A DNA stretch of 64,000 bases. Source: a virus. Shown piece after piece: positions 59,727 to 64,000 of the stretch (position 1 is the stretch's first letter; every line of letters starts with the position of its first letter). The DNA lies in IMG/VR virus record IMGVR_UViG_3300023174_000053, positions 96,001-160,000 of that record. One strand, written 5' to 3'. The position numbers and the translations under genes were made by a program. Under the pieces are notes generated by a model. The model ran no database searches and was not told the DNA's origin. It worked only from the letters and a program-made list of their open reading frames with translations.

Positions 59727-59900
59727 TCAAACACGGGAAAAAGCATCTTTCTTTTGCTTGGGATTGTGATTTTGCTTCACCCAAGAAGAACGTTGCTTAG
59801 AATGAAACTGCGAAGGAAGTTTGTGCTTACCTTGAACTTCATTCACCAAAGAAAAAACATTCAAAAGAAATGCTTTTTCCAACTTTTGTGCGGTCGTCAT
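59727..59900 (-). CDS. 57-aa basic protein, paralog of 56994-57167
   Basis: Manual translation MTTAQKLEKAFLLNVFSLVNEVQGKHKLPSQF... Confidence 0.75.
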   Translation of the reverse strand: MTTAQKLEKAFLLNVFSLVNEVQGKHKLPSQFHSKQRSSWVKQNHNPKQKKDAFSRV

Positions 59901-59914
59901 CAAGTCCGTTCCTT

Positions 59915-59999
59915 TGCTTGTGTCCTCTTATTATAGCAGGTTTTGGGGTCTGTGCTCGTTTAGTGTGCCAGTGCTACAAGTGGCACATAGGGTCAATCA
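59915..59999 (-). promoter_or_regulatory. Early cassette promoter; 85-bp direct repeat with 60671-60755
   Basis: -10 TATAAT 59930-59935; box 59965-59986. Confidence 0.85.
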
Positions 60000-60003
60000 C
60001 TAA

Positions 60004-60270
60004 TCACCAATCGTATGATTTAATATAAGGTACTACATTAGCATCAGGGTCAAACAATACATAAGCAACATCATTATATTGTTCCTTAACCAATTTCAGC
60101 AATTCTACTAAACAAGGCATACTTTCTTTGATATAATAATCATATATGTCTGGGTCAGTATTTACCAGAGCACAAGTATCACTAGCAATATAAGCAACCT
60201 TATCAATCTTTGCTCCTTCTAAAGGATGAAGGTGTGCCGTGGATAGTGTGAGGATTTGTGAGAGTTCCAT
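60004..60270 (-). CDS. Hypothetical protein (DUF5983-like STAH motif)
   Basis: LTLSTAHL...YVLFD.DA......SYDW. Confidence 0.65.
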   Translation of the reverse strand: MELSQILTLSTAHLHPLEGAKIDKVAYIASDTCALVNTDPDIYDYYIKESMPCLVELLKLVKEQYNDVAYVLFDPDANVVPYIKSYDW

Positions 60271-60275
60271 TTGAA

Positions 60276-60449
60276 TTAAGAAGGACGTGTGTAAAATTGT
60301 TGTTTGTATTCAATCATATAATCTAACATCTCACCAAGATTCTTGCGAACTTGCTCATCACAAGGTCCAGAGTAAGCATAAGCATCATAGAGTTTGGAAT
60401 ACAATTGATTCCACTCTACTTGATTCATATTACAATTAGTAAGTTTCAT
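60276..60449 (-). CDS. Hypothetical protein
   Basis: ATGA overlap with the upstream ORF. Confidence 0.6.
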   Translation of the reverse strand: MKLTNCNMNQVEWNQLYSKLYDAYAYSGPCDEQVRKNLGEMLDYMIEYKQQFYTRPS

Positions 60450-60661
60450 TCCCAGTTCCACTCCAATGGATTATCATAAAAAGGCAACCATTGACTATAA
60501 GTTCTCGTGATGTCTGCTCTAACTCTGGTGCGAATATAAACATATTCCCAATCACCTTCAACATCATTCCACAACCAAAGATTTCCATCCTCATCAACAT
60601 CACCTTGCCCAGGCAAACCATCACTAAAAAGAACGGGAATTGGTAAAGTCGTAGTGTCCAT
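60446..60661 (-). CDS. Hypothetical protein
   Basis: MDTTTLPIP...; first gene after cassette promoter 60671-60755. Confidence 0.65.
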   Translation of the reverse strand: MDTTTLPIPVLFSDGLPGQGDVDEDGNLWLWNDVEGDWEYVYIRTRVRADITRTYSQWLPFYDNPLEWNWE

Positions 60662-60670
60662 TGGTTTGGT

Positions 60671-60755
60671 TGCTTGTGTCCTTTTATTATAGCAGGTTTT
60701 GGGGTCGGTGCTCATTTACTGTGCCACCTCTACAAGTGGCACACAGGGTCAATCA
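60671..60755 (-). promoter_or_regulatory. Early cassette promoter; 85-bp direct repeat with 59915-59999
   Basis: -10 TATAAT 60686-60691; box 60721-60742. Confidence 0.85.
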
Positions 60756-60952
60756 GCAAGCACCAAGTTTGCTACTCTATCTTCCCCCGGTCGTTCTAGC
60801 AATTTAGAATGAATGAGTTCAAATTGTTGAATCATATTCTGATAATAAGCAGCACCTTGATGGTCTCCATCATCATATACTCCTTCTTCTACAAGTTGAA
60901 GAGCAGAGATAATATCAAACAACTCACCAGATGTGAAAGAGATTTGTGTCAT
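60749..60952 (-). CDS. Hypothetical protein
   Basis: 67-aa ORF overlapping the upstream ORF. Confidence 0.65.
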   Translation of the reverse strand: MTQISFTSGELFDIISALQLVEEGVYDDGDHQGAAYYQNMIQQFELIHSKLLERPGEDRVANLVLAD

Positions 60953-61206
60953 TTTGTGTAATCCTTGATGTAATCTTCAATACAGTCAAATGCCCTATTC
61001 AAAATGTAATCAGTTTCATCCAAATCATTGAGGACTTTGTTGGTGATTTCCTCACTACAATAGACCCGCTCACCATAGAATCTGGTATCATCCATCTCAA
61101 ATACATCCTCTTTGGTGAAGATGAACGCAGCACAAGATGCGTCTGCTCCTTGTTGTTCAATCAGTTTTTCTACTGATTCTTTCAGTTGTTGTAGTGTGCG
61201 GTTCAT
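60949..61206 (-). CDS. Conserved cyanophage hypothetical protein
   Basis: RTL.QLKESVE.LIEQQG.DA.CAAFIFTKEDV. Confidence 0.7.
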   Translation of the reverse strand: MNRTLQQLKESVEKLIEQQGADASCAAFIFTKEDVFEMDDTRFYGERVYCSEEITNKVLNDLDETDYILNRAFDCIEDYIKDYTK

Positions 61207-61208
61207 GA

Positions 61209-61388
61209 TCAGAAACGAATGATAGGGTGGTCAATGTCGAGGACATCACATTCTTCAGTTGCAAACACAAACTCTACACTTGCTTGATAATACTCATCGT
61301 TGATGCCACAATCATAAACAGCAACATCCTGATTGAGTTGTTCTTCGGTGAGTTGTTGAAGTTCAGCAAGAAGTTCTTTGTAAGTCAT
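61209..61388 (-). CDS. Acidic hypothetical protein (59 aa)
   Basis: Manual translation MTYKELLAELQQLTEEQLNQDVAVYD...DVLDIDHPIIRF. Confidence 0.7.
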   Translation of the reverse strand: MTYKELLAELQQLTEEQLNQDVAVYDCGINDEYYQASVEFVFATEECDVLDIDHPIIRF

Positions 61389-61570
61389 ACAATATCAAAA
61401 ATGGTGAAGAGTTCTCGTTGTGTTTGAGTGAATAGAGTATCAGGTTCAGGATAGTCATAGATTTCTTCCTGAAACTCTTTGTAGTGATACAACATATCAC
61501 GCAAAGCAGCTAGTTGTTTGTCAGTCAGTGCTTCTTCAATCATTAGAACTTTCTCCAATAAATCAGGCAT
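61385..61570 (-). CDS. Hypothetical protein sharing a domain with 63608-63922
   Basis: LTDKQL...TLFTQTQRELF. Confidence 0.7.
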   Translation of the reverse strand: MPDLLEKVLMIEEALTDKQLAALRDMLYHYKEFQEEIYDYPEPDTLFTQTQRELFTIFDIV

Positions 61571-61760
61571 TGTAAATGGCATTGCGGCAGGTGGCAGAGA
61601 ACTTATCAGCAACGTTTGTATAATCTTCTATACGTTGCCTCCAATAACTTTTATGATCCACAGACTCTTCTTCATAACGTTTCATCAGTGCAACAGCACT
61701 ATAAAGTGCTGAAATCATTTCAGTTTCCTCATTGAAAGTAAAACCAGGAACGACTGCCAT
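61563..61760 (-). CDS. Hypothetical protein
   Basis: MAVVPGFTFNEE...; start trimmed to follow the cassette promoter. Confidence 0.65.
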   Translation of the reverse strand: MAVVPGFTFNEETEMISALYSAVALMKRYEEESVDHKSYWRQRIEDYTNVADKFSATCRNAIYNA

Positions 61761-61770
61761 TGCTTTTCTC

Positions 61771-61842
61771 TTGATTACTCCGTAATCATAGCACCCCAGA
61801 GGGGTCTGTGCTCTTTTAGTGTGCCAGTGCCACAAGTGGCAC
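61771..61842 (-). promoter_or_regulatory. Early cassette promoter
   Basis: -10 TATGAT 61785-61790; box 61821-61842. Confidence 0.85.
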
Positions 61843-61857
61843 ATCTCAACACGAGAC

Positions 61858-62022
61858 TCACGTTAGATTGTGTATAAACTTCTTTAGCAAGTGTTTGCCC
61901 TTATCTACATCAAAACGATTGTCAAATGTAACCATCAATTCCAAAATAAGGTCAGCATAAACTTTTGGAACTCGTATGTGTGTTGTTTCACCTGATTGTG
62001 GGAACTTCTTTGTGAAAGGCAT
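61858..62022 (-). CDS. 54-aa protein with possible ribbon-helix-helix N-terminus
   Basis: Manual translation MPFTKKFPQSGETTHIRVPKVYADLILELMVTFDNRFDVDKGKHLLKKFIHNLT. Confidence 0.6.
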   Translation of the reverse strand: MPFTKKFPQSGETTHIRVPKVYADLILELMVTFDNRFDVDKGKHLLKKFIHNLT

Positions 62023-62050
62023 AGATTATATGTGGGACAGATACAATTAT

Positions 62051-63286
62051 CTATACGCACAACTCTCCTTTTACAAATACAGTATCAATCACACTCTGGA
62101 GTTGCTTTGCAATCTTATCTCCATAGTTATTATTGACGGGAATGGTAATAGTTCCAAAAGGTTTGCGATAAAATGCAAACTCTCCTGCTTTCATCTTACC
62201 TTCTTGAATTGCTTTACGGTCATCCTTATGAACTCGAATAACCCTACCAATAGTCTGGCACATTTCAATCATAGGAAGATTGCGAAGCATAATGCAATGA
62301 GTCAGACCGTGAATACTAATACCCTCACTCATAATTGAGTAATGAAACACAATGAGCTTCTTGTCTGGGTCAGCACCAAACTCACTCATTTTCTCAAAGA
62401 ATACTTCACGAGACACTTTCTGCTTGTCAATGTAAGCACCGTGCTTGGAAGTGATATGCATAATTGTGTAACCCATATCATTGAGTTGTTGAAGCAAATC
62501 ACTTTCAGTAAACATAGACCAAATTACTTTGGTGCTGGGTGCAGCAACAAGAACTTTAGGTGCATCACAATCAGAAATCTCTGACAGAATACCTACAATG
62601 TTCTCTGCATCTACAAATGCAGCATTTTCTTTAGTGCGAATAGTTTGTGCTTCATAAGGCACAACTTTAGGAGGAATGATACTACCAGCATCAATGAGTT
62701 CTTGTGCTGGAATACTGATGATGTTGTTGCCATAAACATCAGTATTATTCATAGACTCCATACTGTTATTGAACTTCGGAGTTGCAGTGAAGAAATAAGC
62801 ATTATTTGCAACTGATGAAGTGTGAGCAATACCCACAAAGTTAGAAGGTTTCACACAATGATGTGCTTCATCAAAATACACAACATCAATCTCAATATCT
62901 GATTCATTCACACGACCAATGGAATTGTATGTGGTGAAGATAAAGTTGTGCTTACCACTTCCGATTGCAGTGTCATTGTATTCTGCAATAACTTCTGAAC
63001 GTGTAGAGGATTGATGATGTGTTTCTCCACTGTGGCAGTGCATATAAGCAACATTGAGTCCTTGTAAATATGCTTCAAACTCCGAACAAAGTTGATTTGC
63101 AAGCAGAATACGAGGAGCAACAACAACAAACGTCATCGGTTCTGTTGCATTCAGAATCCTTTGACGGGCATCTTCCATCATCACAACAGTTTTCCCACCA
63201 CCAGTAGGAATATAACAGGTGCCTTTGATGACTTTCTGCACAGCATCAAGAGCACGTTGTTGATAGTTGAGAAGGGTAAGCATCAT
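62051..63286 (-). CDS. Superfamily-2 DEAH helicase (type III restriction Res-subunit-like)
   Basis: PTGGGKT, APRILLA.QL, FDEAHH, FTATPK, SEGI, QTIGRVIR. Confidence 0.88.
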   Translation of the reverse strand: MMLTLLNYQQRALDAVQKVIKGTCYIPTGGGKTVVMMEDARQRILNATEPMTFVVVAPRILLANQLCSEFEAYLQGLNVAYMHCHSGETHHQSSTRSEVIAEYNDTAIGSGKHNFIFTTYNSIGRVNESDIEIDVVYFDEAHHCVKPSNFVGIAHTSSVANNAYFFTATPKFNNSMESMNNTDVYGNNIISIPAQELIDAGSIIPPKVVPYEAQTIRTKENAAFVDAENIVGILSEISDCDAPKVLVAAPSTKVIWSMFTESDLLQQLNDMGYTIMHITSKHGAYIDKQKVSREVFFEKMSEFGADPDKKLIVFHYSIMSEGISIHGLTHCIMLRNLPMIEMCQTIGRVIRVHKDDRKAIQEGKMKAGEFAFYRKPFGTITIPVNNNYGDKIAKQLQSVIDTVFVKGELCV

Positions 63287-63304
63287 AATCAATTCAATAC
63301 AAGT

Positions 63305-63362
63305 ATTGTAGCACGTTTTAGGTGCCTGCGGTCAATTATAGGGACAGTGCTACGAGTGTCCC
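63305..63362 (-). promoter_or_regulatory. Variant cassette promoter GGGACA-N10-TGTCCC, 30 bp, extended -10 TACAAT
   Basis: -10 at 63305-63310; box 63341-63362 with spacer gtgctacgag similar to the other copies. Confidence 0.75.
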
Positions 63363-63377
63363 TTGGTGTAAAGTATA

Positions 63378-63462
63378 AGCTGGAGACAGGATTTGAACCT
63401 GCGATGACTTTTCAGTGCCGCATTACAAGTGCGGTGCGTTCGACCTCTACGCTAACTCCAGC
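63378..63462 (-). tRNA. trnT: tRNA-Thr(UGU) with a long variable region; no encoded CCA
   Basis: Acceptor GCTGGAG/CTCCAGC, D stem GCGT/ACGC, anticodon arm CCGCA-CTTGTAA-TGCGG, T arm GCAGG-TTCAAAT-CCTGT; late-promoter variant AATAAATA at 63483-63490. Confidence 0.88.
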
Positions 63463-63488
63463 ATAAAACTATGTGTTACATATATTTA

Positions 63489-63608
63489 TTACATAAACTC
63501 CATCAAGTAATAATCAACAGTTACTTCAAAAGATGCAGCAAGTTCCTCAACAGTAGCATCCTCACAATCAGGATGCTCACAAAACAAATCAAGAACGTCA
63601 TCATTCAT
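63489..63608 (-). CDS. 39-aa acidic cyanophage-type protein
   Basis: Manual translation MNDDVLDLFCEHPDCEDATVEELAASFEVTVDYYLMEFM; TGATG overlap. Confidence 0.65.
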   Translation of the reverse strand: MNDDVLDLFCEHPDCEDATVEELAASFEVTVDYYLMEFM

Positions 63609-63922
63609 CAATTTAAGTCCAAAAGTTCAAACAACTCACGTTGAGTTTTTGTAAACAAAGTAACAGATGGAGGATTATCATAAAGGTCCAGTTGATATGC
63701 TCTATAACTTTCTACCATCTCTTTTATACAATCAAGTTGCTTATCTGTAAACTCAAGTTTCTCTACATCATAATAAGCATAAGAAACAGTAGAAGGAACA
63801 CCAGCAAGTTGTAGATTACGATTGATGCGATTTACTTCATCTTGTGCTTGGTCTTCATCTTCATATTCATAAAGTTCTGTGACAGAACCATTGTGAGATT
63901 GATAAACAGTGAAGTGTGTCAT
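63608..63922 (-). CDS. Hypothetical two-domain protein
   Basis: C-terminal half resembles ORF 61385-61570. Confidence 0.7.
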   Translation of the reverse strand: MTHFTVYQSHNGSVTELYEYEDEDQAQDEVNRINRNLQLAGVPSTVSYAYYDVEKLEFTDKQLDCIKEMVESYRAYQLDLYDNPPSVTLFTKTQRELFELLDLN

Positions 63923-64000
63923 TGATATTGAGGAAGAATGGAGAAAGAATTACAGAACTTTTGAACCCAATGTAGAGTATCAAAATACCCACGAGGATTA

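Noticed and set aside
57469-61842. GTGCCA/TGGCAC dyads as integron attC sites or intrinsic terminators
   Set aside because: No RYYYAAC/GTTRRRY ends, no integrase in the window and no U-tracts; the fixed distance to -10 elements argues for DNA operator sites
63092-63466. 124-aa + strand ORF
   Set aside because: Antisense to the helicase start, its promoter and the tRNA gene
1-64000. Alternative genetic code or stop-codon reassignment
   Set aside because: Core genes translate full length in the standard code and TAA, TAG and TGA all serve as stops

Overview
A 64-kb segment of an AT-rich T4-like myovirus with cyanomyovirus (Kyanoviridae-like) gene order, probably freshwater. Essentially all genes are on the minus strand. 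Positions 1-52,130 hold the conserved core: g47 (partial), g55, uvsW, uvsY, g3, g23, g22, g21, g20, g19, g18, g17, g16, g15, g14, g13, a DUF4815/VrlC-like protein, g8, a g7-like gene apparently split by two inserted fibre genes, g6 and g25, punctuated by T4-type late promoters (TATAAATA and variants). Positions 52,170-54,870 carry speD, a glycosyltransferase-like gene and small conserved ORFs. Positions ~54,900-56,230 are a 1.3-kb non-coding locus with 12 co-oriented AACGAA repeats, eight perfect cyanobacterial-type DnaA boxes (TTTTCCACA) in 211 bp, a divergent promoter pair and an AT-rich tract. This is a candidate host-DnaA-engaging origin or DnaA sponge and is the top finding. Positions 56,230-64,000 are an early/accessory region of small ORFs organised by a repeated promoter cassette (GTGCCA-N10-TGGCAC placed 29-31 bp upstream of a -10 element), with ArdA-like and DUF2786 genes, a second SF2 helicase and a tRNA-Thr(UGU) with an atypically long variable arm. 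All product calls come from motif recognition and synteny; no database searches were run.
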